Assembly (NCBI GenBank): GCA_014384375.1
Contig: JACNFY010000017.1
Coordinates: forward strand, 1-63,060
Length of the DNA: 63,060 bases
Reading direction: 5' to 3'
DNA from: Nanobdellati archaeon
GTDB lineage: Archaea; Nanobdellota; Nanobdellia; Woesearchaeales; GCA-2686295
Shown here: in pieces, positions 29,570-39,614 of the stretch
Layout: each line of letters starts with the position of its first letter
How positions within the stretch are numbered: position 1 is the first letter of the stretch
Position numbers and translations under genes: made by a program
The notes under the pieces: model-generated
Database searches by the model: none
Told to the model about the DNA's origin: nothing
What the model saw: the letters and a program-made list of their open reading frames with translations, nothing else

Positions 29570-29971
29570 ATGGATATAATGCAAAGAATACTTGTTGTTG
29601 ATGAAAAGGAGAAGTCTTTTCTGAAGAAGATAATTCCAGTATCCGCGTTTATCGGGGGATTGTGCTGTTTCACACCCGTTGTTTTAGTGCTGTTTGGCTT
29701 AGGGACTGTGGCTTATGGAGTATCTCTAGCTAATGTTTTCTACGGCACATACAAATGGGCATTCAGAGGAGCTGCATTGTTATTCCTGTTTGCTGGATTA
29801 TTTTGGTATATCTATAAGAAAGAAGAAATATGCACTCTCGACAAATTGAGGAAGAATAAGAGAAAAGTGGTGAATTTGATTTTAATAACTTTAATTTTCG
29901 GGATAATTGCCTACATAATCTGGCTTTATGTCATAGTAGAGCTTATAGGTATAGCTATGGGATTATGGTAA
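29570..29971 (+). CDS. MerF/MerT-like heavy-metal transporter
   Basis: LCCFTPVVLVLFGL resembles MerF LCCFTPVLVILLG; three TMs. Confidence 0.7.
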   Translation: MDIMQRILVVDEKEKSFLKKIIPVSAFIGGLCCFTPVVLVLFGLGTVAYGVSLANVFYGTYKWAFRGAALLFLFAGLFWYIYKKEEICTLDKLRKNKRKVVNLILITLIFGIIAYIIWLYVIVELIGIAMGLW

Positions 29972-29984
29972 GGGATGTGTCAAG

Positions 29985-30965
29985 ATGAGGAAAATGTTAT
30001 TTACATTAGGATTATTGGTTGCAATGTTTTTAGTAGGATGTGGTGCATCAGTAGATAAGGTGCCAAAAAGCTCTACACTTACAGATGAGGAAATTGAGAG
30101 AGGTATAAAAATAACTTCAGAAGGTGTGAAATATCTAGTACATCCAAGCAAAATACTTAGTGGAGGTCCTCCGAAAGATGGGATTCCATCAATAGACAAT
30201 CCAAAGTTTGTGACTGTTGAAGAAGCAGATGAATGGATTCAAGATAATGAACTAGTCCTTGGTCTTGTCTACAAGGGAGAAAAAAGGGTTTACCCGTTGC
30301 AGATTATGGTCTGGCATGAAATAGTGAATGACTTTGTTGCAGGTGATCCAATACTGATAACTTATTGTCCGTTATGCGGAAGCGGAATTGCTTACAAGCG
30401 TGAAATAAACGGTAACCCAGTTGAGTTTGGAACATCTGGGAAATTGTATAACTCAAACCTGGTAATGTATGATCGAAAGACAGATTCATATTGGGCACAG
30501 ATTGGTGGAAACGCTATTGTTGGCGAGTTGACAGGCACCCAGCTTGAGCCAATATCTGTTGATACAGTTGTCTGGCGAGACTGGAAAAAAGCTCATCCAG
30601 AATCACAAGTTTTAAGCCAGAACACAGGTTTCAGAAGATCCTATGGAAGAGATCCTTACGGCAATTATTATGAAGATACTTTCATCATGTTCCCTGTTGA
30701 GAATGAAGATGACAGAATACATCCAAAAACAGTTATCTTTGGCATTGAAATTGATGGTGTTTTCAAGGCTTATAGAGAAGATGACTTGATGGAATTAGGT
30801 GTTATTGAAGATGTTTTTAATAGTGTCAATATTAAGGTTGAAAGGGATGAAGCGGGAGTCATAAAGATAACAAATATTGAGACAGGAGAAGAGATAGTCA
30901 AGGAGAGAGACTTCTGGTTCGCATGGTACGCATTCCATCCAGAAACAGAGCTTTATGAGAAATAA
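29985..30965 (+). CDS. DUF3179-family lipoprotein
   Basis: Lipobox LVGC, GGPPKDGIPSID, WHEIVND, YCPLCGSG, NSNLVMYDR, FWFAW-x-AFHP. Confidence 0.9.
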   Translation: MRKMLFTLGLLVAMFLVGCGASVDKVPKSSTLTDEEIERGIKITSEGVKYLVHPSKILSGGPPKDGIPSIDNPKFVTVEEADEWIQDNELVLGLVYKGEKRVYPLQIMVWHEIVNDFVAGDPILITYCPLCGSGIAYKREINGNPVEFGTSGKLYNSNLVMYDRKTDSYWAQIGGNAIVGELTGTQLEPISVDTVVWRDWKKAHPESQVLSQNTGFRRSYGRDPYGNYYEDTFIMFPVENEDDRIHPKTVIFGIEIDGVFKAYREDDLMELGVIEDVFNSVNIKVERDEAGVIKITNIETGEEIVKERDFWFAWYAFHPETELYEK

Positions 30966-31480
30966 TGAAAATTAGATTAGGAGGTTATAAGATGAATATG
31001 AACTATTTATTTATAGGACTACTAATGTTGCTGTTAGTTTTCATTTCCGCTTGTACTAGTAGAACAACGACTAATACTGTGAGTGAGAATAGTGGTTTGA
31101 TAGAAGCAAGTGAGAGTGGCACTGTGTTAGCAGGCACTACAAGTAAATATATTGATTTTAACAAAGCAGATTATGAGAGAGCAAAGACTGAGAACAAAGT
31201 TGTGCTGTTGGATTTCTACGCGACTTGGTGTCTTATCTGTATAGAAGAGCAGAAAGAGACTGTTGCTGCCTTTGATGACTTAGATAATCCGAATGTTATT
31301 GGTTTCAGAGTTAACTATAAGGATTCAGATACTGATAGTGATGAGAATGCTTTAGCAGAAGAGTTCGGTATAATCTACCAGCATACAAAGGTCATAATTA
31401 AAGATGGTGAAGTAGTGCAGAAAGCACTTGACTCATGGGATAAGGATCGCTTTTTGAGTGAGATAAATAGATTTGTTTAG
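30965..31480 (+). CDS. Thioredoxin-like lipoprotein
   Basis: Lipobox ISAC, DFYATWCLIC CxxC motif; start may be a downstream Met. Confidence 0.85.
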   Translation: MKIRLGGYKMNMNYLFIGLLMLLLVFISACTSRTTTNTVSENSGLIEASESGTVLAGTTSKYIDFNKADYERAKTENKVVLLDFYATWCLICIEEQKETVAAFDDLDNPNVIGFRVNYKDSDTDSDENALAEEFGIIYQHTKVIIKDGEVVQKALDSWDKDRFLSEINRFV

Positions 31481-31489
31481 ATAAACAAA

Positions 31490-32230
31490 ATGAAGAAGAA
31501 AAGAGACTGGAACATTTTCATAAGCAGTGTTTTCTTTGTATTAGGATTCTCAGTGATTTTCTCACTTGTTGGAGTGTTACTGCAAAGCGTATTGTCAAAT
31601 GTTGCTTATACAGTTCAGCAATGGCTTGGCAGAATAGGAGGAGTCATCATAATACTGTTTGGAATTTACCTTTTAGGGCTTCTGAAAATACCGTTCCTTG
31701 AAAGAGAACACACGATAACTGTAAAGAAGAAATTTAAATCCATGCACCTAGCATCTTTTATGTTTGGAGCCGCATTTGCAGTTGGTTGGACTCCATGTGT
31801 TGGTGCTGTCTTGGGAGCTGTTCTTACATTAGCAATCAGCAACCCTTCAAGCGCTTTCTTTCTCATGCTAGCATACTCTCTAGGATTAGGGATACCATTT
31901 CTACTTGTTGGTTTGTTCACCAATGAGGCTCAGGGACTCATAAGTAAGTCTGGCAAGTGGTTGCAGTACCTGAGATACTTCTTTGGAATTGTATTGATAT
32001 TCCTGGGAATATTGGTGTTCACTAACAACCTAAGCCTCATAGCTAACTTAGCATTTGCTTCCAACATTTTATCATCGCTCGATGCAGGCATAAGCACAGG
32101 TGCCTCAATAAATTTAAGCATTTCGTTTCTTGCAGGTCTTGTCTCATTTCTAAGTCCGTGCGTACTACCATTAATACCTGCATTTCTATCATATTTGGCT
32201 TCAATAGGTGTGAAACCAAATGAAAACTGA
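31490..32230 (+). CDS. ccdA: CcdA/DsbD-beta thiol-disulfide transporter, circularly permuted
   Basis: GWTPCVG in the middle; the normally N-terminal AGLVSFLSPCVLPLIP motif is at the C-terminus. Confidence 0.85.
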   Translation: MKKKRDWNIFISSVFFVLGFSVIFSLVGVLLQSVLSNVAYTVQQWLGRIGGVIIILFGIYLLGLLKIPFLEREHTITVKKKFKSMHLASFMFGAAFAVGWTPCVGAVLGAVLTLAISNPSSAFFLMLAYSLGLGIPFLLVGLFTNEAQGLISKSGKWLQYLRYFFGIVLIFLGILVFTNNLSLIANLAFASNILSSLDAGISTGASINLSISFLAGLVSFLSPCVLPLIPAFLSYLASIGVKPNEN

Positions 32231-32288
32231 TTTTATAAAAAATTTTAAATAGAAGAACAAACAAACATCAGGTTTATGGGGTGGTAAT

Positions 32289-33113
32289 ATGGAAATATTC
32301 ATTGATACTGCAAAACTTGAGGAGATTGAGCAAGCTTATTCCTATGGTATTCTAGATGGAGTCACAACGAATCCTTCATTGGTCAAGAAGATAGTTGATG
32401 ACCTTAAGAGTAAAGGAAAAGATGTTAGTGTGGAATCCTACATTAAAAAAATCTTGAAATTAGCAAGAGGAACTCCTGTCAGCTTAGAGGTCATCGGAAC
32501 CACTTACAAAGAAATGGTTGAGGAAGGAAAAAGATTGTTTAAAAAATTCAATCCGGTTGCAAAGAATGTTTATGTGAAAATACCTGTCAATCCTGCGTTT
32601 GAAGAAGATTCAGAGAACATGTTTGATGGCATCAAAGCAATAAAGACATTAACAAAAGCAAGAATACCAATTAACTGCACCTTGATATTCACACCAGAGC
32701 AGGCATTGATGGCTGCAAAGGCAGGAGCATCTTTTGTCAGTCCTTTTGCAGGCAGAATTGATGATGATATTAGAAAACGTGTTGGTGTTAAGTTCGAGAA
32801 GAGTGATTACTTTCCTGCTTCTGGCTGGGAAAAAAGTGGAAAAATATTGGAAGACAACGGAGTAGTTTCAGGCGTTGACTTGGTGTGGCAGTGCGTAGAG
32901 ATTTTTAGAACTTACAACATAAAGACAAAAGTTTTAGCGGCGAGTATAAGAAACGCCAGGCAGACAAGAGAAGTCGCATTAGCAGGAGCGGATATCGCTA
33001 CACTACCTTTTTACGTTATCAAGGAAATGCTAACCCATTATAAAACAATTGAAGGGATGAAAAGTTTTACAGCAGATGTCGTTCCTGAATATGCGAAGAT
33101 TGTTAAAGGCTAG
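32289..33113 (+). CDS. tal: Transaldolase / fructose-6-phosphate aldolase family
   Basis: IFIDTA, GVTTNPSL, VKIP, NCTLIF, SPFAGR, LAASIR. Confidence 0.92.
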   Translation: MEIFIDTAKLEEIEQAYSYGILDGVTTNPSLVKKIVDDLKSKGKDVSVESYIKKILKLARGTPVSLEVIGTTYKEMVEEGKRLFKKFNPVAKNVYVKIPVNPAFEEDSENMFDGIKAIKTLTKARIPINCTLIFTPEQALMAAKAGASFVSPFAGRIDDDIRKRVGVKFEKSDYFPASGWEKSGKILEDNGVVSGVDLVWQCVEIFRTYNIKTKVLAASIRNARQTREVALAGADIATLPFYVIKEMLTHYKTIEGMKSFTADVVPEYAKIVKG

Positions 33114-33223
33114 ACAAAAAATCGCTTTTTCTAACAAAAATCCTTGAAAAAGAGAAAAATTAATATACTATGAAATTCAAAATAGTATACAGAGATAGAT
33201 TATTAGAGATTTGACAGACAAAG

Positions 33224-34063
33224 ATGAAAGGATTAGCAAGGATTGTTTTTTTGGCAACATTTGGCTTGGCAGTTGGCTGTTCTGAACTCCAAGCTTCAGA
33301 GCCTGAGTCAGAGGGTTCTAAGCCTGATAAGAAAGATAAGCAGGAGCAAACTATTTCTAAGTCAGATTTGGAAAAGATAAGACATATGTACAATGATCTT
33401 CACCTTCCTATTCGTGAAGTTTATCCTGTGAAAGGAGATGCATACACTTTTTTCAGACTTATAAATTTCAAGGATGATGTGACTAGTGGAGAGATTGGGC
33501 TGTATGAAGGAGATAGCTTAGTTGCAAAGATTGATAGTTCTAAGTACATATTTTTTAATAAAGATAACGAGACATATATTGAGAAAGTGACTACAAATGA
33601 ATATTCTGAGTTGTATGAGTGGAGGAAGATAGATGGTGAATGGGTGTTTTTTCAGTACGATGGGCCAAGAGAGGAGAAACAAACACTTTTTGATAGTGGA
33701 TTCAGAACCTCTGAGATGACTTTAGTAGAAGCTATGGATTCTGGTTTTAGGGGAGAGCTCGGAAAAGAAACTAACATAAATATTTTAGGTAACATTTATA
33801 CTATAACACAGGATGTGGTAAAAGTTGGAATAGACGATGATCAATATAGAAAAATGCTTAGATTTAGGGTTGGATGGAATAATGTTGAAGAAGGTGAGGA
33901 AAAAATCAGATTTAAAGATGATATTAATATTATAATTCAAGAAATTGCTGGTCGTTATGTTCCATTATTAGGTGAGATGTGGGTTACCAGAGTAGAGTTT
34001 CTTGGTTTTCCGTTTGTTGATGTTTTAGTCTATGGATCCATGGCTTCATTAGGTGGAAAATAA
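33224..34063 (+). CDS. Hypothetical lipoprotein
   Basis: Lipobox LAVGC followed by beta-rich domain. Confidence 0.6.
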   Translation: MKGLARIVFLATFGLAVGCSELQASEPESEGSKPDKKDKQEQTISKSDLEKIRHMYNDLHLPIREVYPVKGDAYTFFRLINFKDDVTSGEIGLYEGDSLVAKIDSSKYIFFNKDNETYIEKVTTNEYSELYEWRKIDGEWVFFQYDGPREEKQTLFDSGFRTSEMTLVEAMDSGFRGELGKETNINILGNIYTITQDVVKVGIDDDQYRKMLRFRVGWNNVEEGEEKIRFKDDINIIIQEIAGRYVPLLGEMWVTRVEFLGFPFVDVLVYGSMASLGGK

Positions 34064-34164
34064 TTCTAAATTTTCTAAAAGCAACCACTTTAGAATGCTA
34101 ACAAAATAGAAACTTATTTATATGAAAAAGTTCTTCGTTTTTCGAAAGGGTTTTATAGGGGGTT

Positions 34165-37100
34165 ATGATTGCTCAACAAGCTTTAGCTCAGGGTTTAAAC
34201 TTTGTTCTACCAAAGGGTGTGAAAGACAAAAGAGTGTCAGTCATAGAGGTTGGTCCCTTTCATGAACAACTTCTTGCAAAAGAGTTAAACAGATTCTTTG
34301 GAACTGAGATTGAAGAACTCAACAGAACAAATTCTTACTTGCTTGTTCATCAACCAGATTTGAAAGGTTTAGAGTCTCTTCTTACAGGAACACCATTTGT
34401 TGATTCGATAATCCACAGGGCAACACTGAATGAGTCACTAGCATTACAATTACAGATACCATTTGATTATGTTCTTCAAAGTATGCTGAATCCTGGAACA
34501 AGCGATGCAGAAGGAACAGTTGCTCTTGAACAGGCTTTACTTGCGTTGAACAGCGGAGTTTACGAGGATGACAGAGGATTCCTTTCACAGAATTATTTTC
34601 TAAAAGCAGACAATATAACACAGAAGCAACTAAGAGAGGTATCTGAATTTCTGGCAAATCCTGACTTAAAAGAATTAGTTACCATAACCAGACAGGAGTA
34701 TGAGAAAGGATTCAAAATAGAAGCACCAATAGTTGTTCTACCACCAAAAATCAAGGTTGAGAAATATGATATTGCAAATATGTCTGATGAAGAATTATTG
34801 GAACTGAATTCTAAAAGAAAATTAGCTGCAAGTCTTGAAGAGCTCCACCAGTTCAGGAATATGTACAAAGATGAGGAATTTCTGGCAAGGAGAAGAGAAG
34901 TCGGCTTGGATGAAAGAGCAACAGATGTTGAGATAGAAACATGGTTCAGCCTTAGGTCAGAGCATTGCTTCCATAAGGAATTCAACGCACGAATTACTTT
35001 AGATGACTTGGTTGATGATCCAATTTTCCAGAGAGCACATGATAGAGGTTGGTTTACAAAGAATGAAGATGGAGCATATGTGCTTGAGAAGGGATTGTTC
35101 AAGACATTTATTGAAGATCCTGCATTGGATGTTTATAACAAACTGGAAAAAAGAGGTAAGAACTGGATTGTTGACATGTTTAAAGACAACTCCGGTGTTG
35201 TTCTCTATAATGAAGATTATATGTTATGCATAAAATTCGAAACCCACAACTCCCCATCGAATAAGGAACCAATACAAGGGGCAAAAACAGGAATTGATGG
35301 GGTCAATAGGGATATCTTCGGAACGATGAGGGGAACATTCGAGGCGTTGGCTAATTTCTTTTTCTACTGCACTGGTGACCCAAGATATAAAGGCTGGTTG
35401 CCGGAAGGAGTCAAGCATCCGTACACTTTGCTGAAAGGAGTTACAGAAGGTGTGAAGCAGGGTGGGAATGAAATGCAGATTCCAACCTTTGGTGGGGGAA
35501 TGATTGCAGACCCAAGATACATGTTCAAAACCCTTGTCTATTGTGGAACTATCGGCTGGTCGCCAGTTAAGTCTTTTGAAGGCATAAGTTATATCGGTAA
35601 GAATCCTGGTGTTGGAGACTTGGTCTTTGTTGCTGGACAGGCAGTTGGTGTTGATGGCATTCATGGAGCAACAGAAAGCTCTTTATCAGCTGGCCGTCAT
35701 ATAAGCCTTGGCCATGTGCAAGCTGATTTCTCATTCATACAGGCGAAGATGCAAGGGTATTTGCTTGAGGTTGCAAGAGACAATTTGTTAACCAGTGTCA
35801 CAGACTTTGGAGCAGTCGGTTTGGGCTCAGCATCGCATGAAACAGCTGAGGCAACCGGTGGACTGTGGATGGACTTGTCTTTACACCCAAAGAAATACAT
35901 GGGTATACAACCATGGCAGATAAATATTTCAGAAACCCAGGACAGAATGCTATTGGTTGCAAAATCAGAAAACAGGGAAGAATTGTTGGAAAGAGCAAAA
36001 CTGCATGATGTTGATGTTACAGAACTCGGAAAACTAACAGATTCAGGATTTGTTGATTTGAAATATGGTGATGAAACAGTTGCTCTAATAGATATTAAGA
36101 AGCTTTTCAACAAAGAGCCAAGAAAGCAGATGCACGCTATCTGGAATGGAACTGAACGCAAGGAAGTAACTATAAAAGAAAAATACACGCTAGAACAAAC
36201 ACTACGTCTTGTGATGTCACGACCTGATGTGGCATCAAAAGAGTGGTTCTTCAGGCAAAAGGATTATTCTGTCAAGGGAGGAACAATACTTGCGCCATTG
36301 CAAGGAGCGAAGCAACAGATAGAGGCAGATGCAACAATCCAGAAACCACTGGATACAGAAGGAAAAGACTTTGGCGCTGTTGCTTATGCAATGGGTATAG
36401 CTCCGAAAGTATCAGACCTGGATCCTTATCATGCTGCCCAGAAATCATTCATTGACATGGCTGGAAAGATAATAGCAGTTGGTGGCGCTTTACCGGATAT
36501 GAAAAATGCTAAGTGGGATACTTGGGCTGTCTGCGGTAACTATTGCCAGCCAAACTCTGACTCTACAACAACCCTTACAGAAGAGGATGGAAAGCATAAT
36601 CTTGCCTCCTTGTTAAGAGAGGGAATGGGTGTCAGAGAAGCTATTGAAGCCACAAATATACCAGTTATTTCAGGAAAAGACAGCATGAAATGCTCTGGTT
36701 TCTATGAAGTTCCTAAAGACTTCAAGCTTGAACATATTCATCCAGATCTTAGGAGGCATATAACTCTTGTAGAGAACGAAAAAGGCAAGTTCATTGAAAT
36801 ACACGATCCAGACAGCTATCTTGCATCGGCAGCTGTCAAGATTGATGATTACAGGAAATGCGTTACTTCTGCATTCAAACAGGAAGGTGACTTGATATAT
36901 GTTGTTGGAACAACAAAGAATCATGTGGGAGCTTCGCAGTACTTGGAAGCTATTGGTTATGAAGAGCAGGAAGCTCCAATAGAAGGTGGAGAAGTTCCAG
37001 AAGCAGACCTTGAAGAGTTTGTAAGGATTGCAGGTAAAATTCACAGGACAATCGATAGAGAGTTTGTTGCTTCATGCAGTTACATCCATGATGGTGGTTT

Positions 37101-37425
37101 GTTGACAGCTGTTTCAAAAGCAGCGATGGCTGGAGATAAAGGTGCAGGAATAAATGTGAAAGATATTTTCTTTGAAGGAGATGCTAATACTGATGAAGAT
37201 GTATTGTATTCAGAAACTCCAGGTAGGTTTATTGTAACTATAGATCCTGAGAATAAAAGACGCTTCGAAAGAATAATGGGTTCGGATACTCGTATAATAG
37301 GGCAGGTAGGAAAAAGTAATCTATTTGTGACTGGATTAGATGGCAAGCATAATTTCATACATTTGGATACTGTAATGAAGAATTATCAGGAAACTCTAAG
37401 TTTCGGATTAAATGATGCAGCATGA
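34165..37425 (+). CDS. purL: FGAM synthase synthetase subunit with N-terminal PurS-like extension
   Basis: SEHCFHK, ETHNSPS, DGIHGA, DFGAVGL, SETQDRM, SGKDSM, LYSETPGR. Confidence 0.95.
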   Translation: MIAQQALAQGLNFVLPKGVKDKRVSVIEVGPFHEQLLAKELNRFFGTEIEELNRTNSYLLVHQPDLKGLESLLTGTPFVDSIIHRATLNESLALQLQIPFDYVLQSMLNPGTSDAEGTVALEQALLALNSGVYEDDRGFLSQNYFLKADNITQKQLREVSEFLANPDLKELVTITRQEYEKGFKIEAPIVVLPPKIKVEKYDIANMSDEELLELNSKRKLAASLEELHQFRNMYKDEEFLARRREVGLDERATDVEIETWFSLRSEHCFHKEFNARITLDDLVDDPIFQRAHDRGWFTKNEDGAYVLEKGLFKTFIEDPALDVYNKLEKRGKNWIVDMFKDNSGVVLYNEDYMLCIKFETHNSPSNKEPIQGAKTGIDGVNRDIFGTMRGTFEALANFFFYCTGDPRYKGWLPEGVKHPYTLLKGVTEGVKQGGNEMQIPTFGGGMIADPRYMFKTLVYCGTIGWSPVKSFEGISYIGKNPGVGDLVFVAGQAVGVDGIHGATESSLSAGRHISLGHVQADFSFIQAKMQGYLLEVARDNLLTSVTDFGAVGLGSASHETAEATGGLWMDLSLHPKKYMGIQPWQINISETQDRMLLVAKSENREELLERAKLHDVDVTELGKLTDSGFVDLKYGDETVALIDIKKLFNKEPRKQMHAIWNGTERKEVTIKEKYTLEQTLRLVMSRPDVASKEWFFRQKDYSVKGGTILAPLQGAKQQIEADATIQKPLDTEGKDFGAVAYAMGIAPKVSDLDPYHAAQKSFIDMAGKIIAVGGALPDMKNAKWDTWAVCGNYCQPNSDSTTTLTEEDGKHNLASLLREGMGVREAIEATNIPVISGKDSMKCSGFYEVPKDFKLEHIHPDLRRHITLVENEKGKFIEIHDPDSYLASAAVKIDDYRKCVTSAFKQEGDLIYVVGTTKNHVGASQYLEAIGYEEQEAPIEGGEVPEADLEEFVRIAGKIHRTIDREFVASCSYIHDGGLLTAVSKAAMAGDKGAGINVKDIFFEGDANTDEDVLYSETPGRFIVTIDPENKRRFERIMGSDTRIIGQVGKSNLFVTGLDGKHNFIHLDTVMKNYQETLSFGLNDAA

Positions 37426-38285
37426 AGCCTAAAGCATTAGTTGTTAACGGATTGGGAATTGGATGTCATAAAGAGATAAAGCACGCTTTTGAAGAAGCAG
37501 GCGCTGAGGCAGAGATAGTTCACATAAGGAGAATATTATCAGGAGATATAGATATATTTGGTTATCAGATACTCAACCTTTCAGGCGGATTCTTGCATGG
37601 AGATATGTTGGGTGCAGGTATATGCGCAGCTAATGAATTGGAGCATTCTGGAATAAAGGATAAATTATTGGAATATGCCGGGCAAGGAAATATTATATAT
37701 GGACAATGCAATGGATTCCAACTTTTAGTCAAAACCGGTTTATTGCCAGGCATAAATAATGATTATTCAAAACAAACAGTGACCTTAACTCACAATGATG
37801 TTGGCAATTACAGGGTTGATTTGATGGTTCCTCATATGGTTGAACATGGTCGCAAACACTTTGCGTTTGAAGGGATAGAATTTATTACATTGGCGTGCAG
37901 GCATGGTGAAGGAAAATTAATGTTCCATACTCCTTATGGCTTGATGTCAGGGGAGCAAGGAGAGACTAATAGGCAAAAAGTCAATGAAAATCATGTTTTA
38001 CTGAGGTATGTTGACCCATATAGATCTTATGAGCCAACAACAAGGTTACCCCACAATCCAAATGGCTCTGTTGATGGTATTGCAGGACTGGTTAATAGAA
38101 ATGGGAATATCTTTGGACATATGGCTCATCCAGAAGTAAGTGTCCATTTTTCAAGAAATCCAACTTTTTTCAGGATAAAGGATCAGAATAGAAGAGTGGG
38201 AATAAAATCAGCTGAAAGCAGTCAGATGTATGCTCATGATGATGGTTATAGTATTTTCGCTAATATTGTTAAACATGTAAGATAG
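37422..38285 (+). CDS. purQ: FGAM synthase glutaminase subunit
   Basis: GGFLHGD, CNGFQ, HGEG, NPNGS, MAHPE. Confidence 0.95.
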   Translation: MKPKALVVNGLGIGCHKEIKHAFEEAGAEAEIVHIRRILSGDIDIFGYQILNLSGGFLHGDMLGAGICAANELEHSGIKDKLLEYAGQGNIIYGQCNGFQLLVKTGLLPGINNDYSKQTVTLTHNDVGNYRVDLMVPHMVEHGRKHFAFEGIEFITLACRHGEGKLMFHTPYGLMSGEQGETNRQKVNENHVLLRYVDPYRSYEPTTRLPHNPNGSVDGIAGLVNRNGNIFGHMAHPEVSVHFSRNPTFFRIKDQNRRVGIKSAESSQMYAHDDGYSIFANIVKHVR

Positions 38286-38296
38286 GGTAGTAAAAA

Positions 38297-39613
38297 ATGG
38301 CTAAAGTTTTAATTATAGGTTCTGGGGGTAGAGAGCATGCTCTCGGTTGGAAGCTCGCTCAAAGTCCTCATGTCGAAGAAGTTATTTATGCTCCTGGAAA
38401 TGGTGGGACTGAAGTTGAGGAGAAAGGAAGGAATGTTAAAATTTCTAAATCAAGCAGTCAGAGTTTTAGAGATATAGCAGAGTTAATTGCATCTGAAAGC
38501 ATTGATTTGACAATTGTCGGGCCAGAGGATCCTTTGGCTAATGGTATTGTTGACTATCTTAATGGCAAAGGATACAATAGGGTTTTCGGACCAACCATGG
38601 CTCCAGCGAAATTAGAAGCGGATAAGTTTTATTCCTATCAAATAATGGAAGAGTTGGGTATCCAACAAGCTCAGTCTGAATTCTGTTATTCAACAACTGA
38701 GGCGATAATTGCGATTACTAGAATGGCGACTTCAAAAGGAATTGTTATCAAGGCCAGAGGTCTTGCTGCCGGGAAAGGAGTCGTTGTTTGTGATTCAAAT
38801 AATCAAGCCCTTGAGGAGATAGTAAAACACACACTTAAGTTTGGTGAAGATGTATTGATAGCTGAACGATTATTCGGGCAGGAGTTTTCGGTCTTTGGGA
38901 TATCAGACGGTAATCAAGTGTATCCAATTGAGATATCTTTACAGGATCATAAACCTCAACTTGATGGGGACAAAGGTCCGAACACAGGTGGAATGGGCGC
39001 ATATGGACCTGCACCAATTGCATCAGTTGATGTTGTCAGAGATGTAGCTGAGAATATCATGACACCTGTTGTTCAAAGAATGAAAGAAAGAGGAGAGGAA
39101 TACAAGGGATTCTTGTATGCAGGTATGATGATGACAAAAGAAGGACCTAAAGTTATAGAGTTCAATGTAAGATTCGGCGATCCAGAATGCCAACCAGCAA
39201 TGATGATGATAAAGAGTGATTTTTATGAAACGTTATCGTTAGCTATGGCCGGAAGACTTGATGAAGTAGACATGGAGTTCAATCCAGGCGCTTCTTGTTG
39301 TGTTGTTATGGCATCAGTAGGCTATCCTGGTAGTTATAGAAAAGGTCTTCCAATAAGAGGTATAGAAGAAGTAGAAAGTGTTGAAGGAGTAAAGGTATTT
39401 CATGCAGGCACTGCACAGCATAAACATGAAGGTTTAATAACGTCAGGTGGAAGAGTTTTAGGAGTGACTCCTTATTCTCCTGAAGGTATTAAGGAAGCAA
39501 GAGAGCTTGCTTATTCAGCAACAGATGTTATACAGATAGCATCTTCCACCAGTTATAGAGGTACTGTCTTTCACTTCAGGAGAGATATAGCTAGTAAAGC
39601 ATTGGAGGATTAA
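38297..39613 (+). CDS. purD: Phosphoribosylamine-glycine ligase
   Basis: GSGGREHA, GLAAGKGV, GPNTGGMG, EFNVRFGDPE, GGRVL. Confidence 0.98.
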   Translation: MAKVLIIGSGGREHALGWKLAQSPHVEEVIYAPGNGGTEVEEKGRNVKISKSSSQSFRDIAELIASESIDLTIVGPEDPLANGIVDYLNGKGYNRVFGPTMAPAKLEADKFYSYQIMEELGIQQAQSEFCYSTTEAIIAITRMATSKGIVIKARGLAAGKGVVVCDSNNQALEEIVKHTLKFGEDVLIAERLFGQEFSVFGISDGNQVYPIEISLQDHKPQLDGDKGPNTGGMGAYGPAPIASVDVVRDVAENIMTPVVQRMKERGEEYKGFLYAGMMMTKEGPKVIEFNVRFGDPECQPAMMMIKSDFYETLSLAMAGRLDEVDMEFNPGASCCVVMASVGYPGSYRKGLPIRGIEEVESVEGVKVFHAGTAQHKHEGLITSGGRVLGVTPYSPEGIKEARELAYSATDVIQIASSTSYRGTVFHFRRDIASKALED

Positions 39614-39614
39614 A

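Noticed and set aside
29985-30965. Selenoprotein recoding in DUF3179
   Set aside because: CxxC uses ordinary Cys codons and there is no in-frame TGA
34064-34164. Purine/ZTP riboswitch ahead of purL
   Set aside because: Leader is short and AT-rich with only TATA-like and SD elements; no recognisable aptamer
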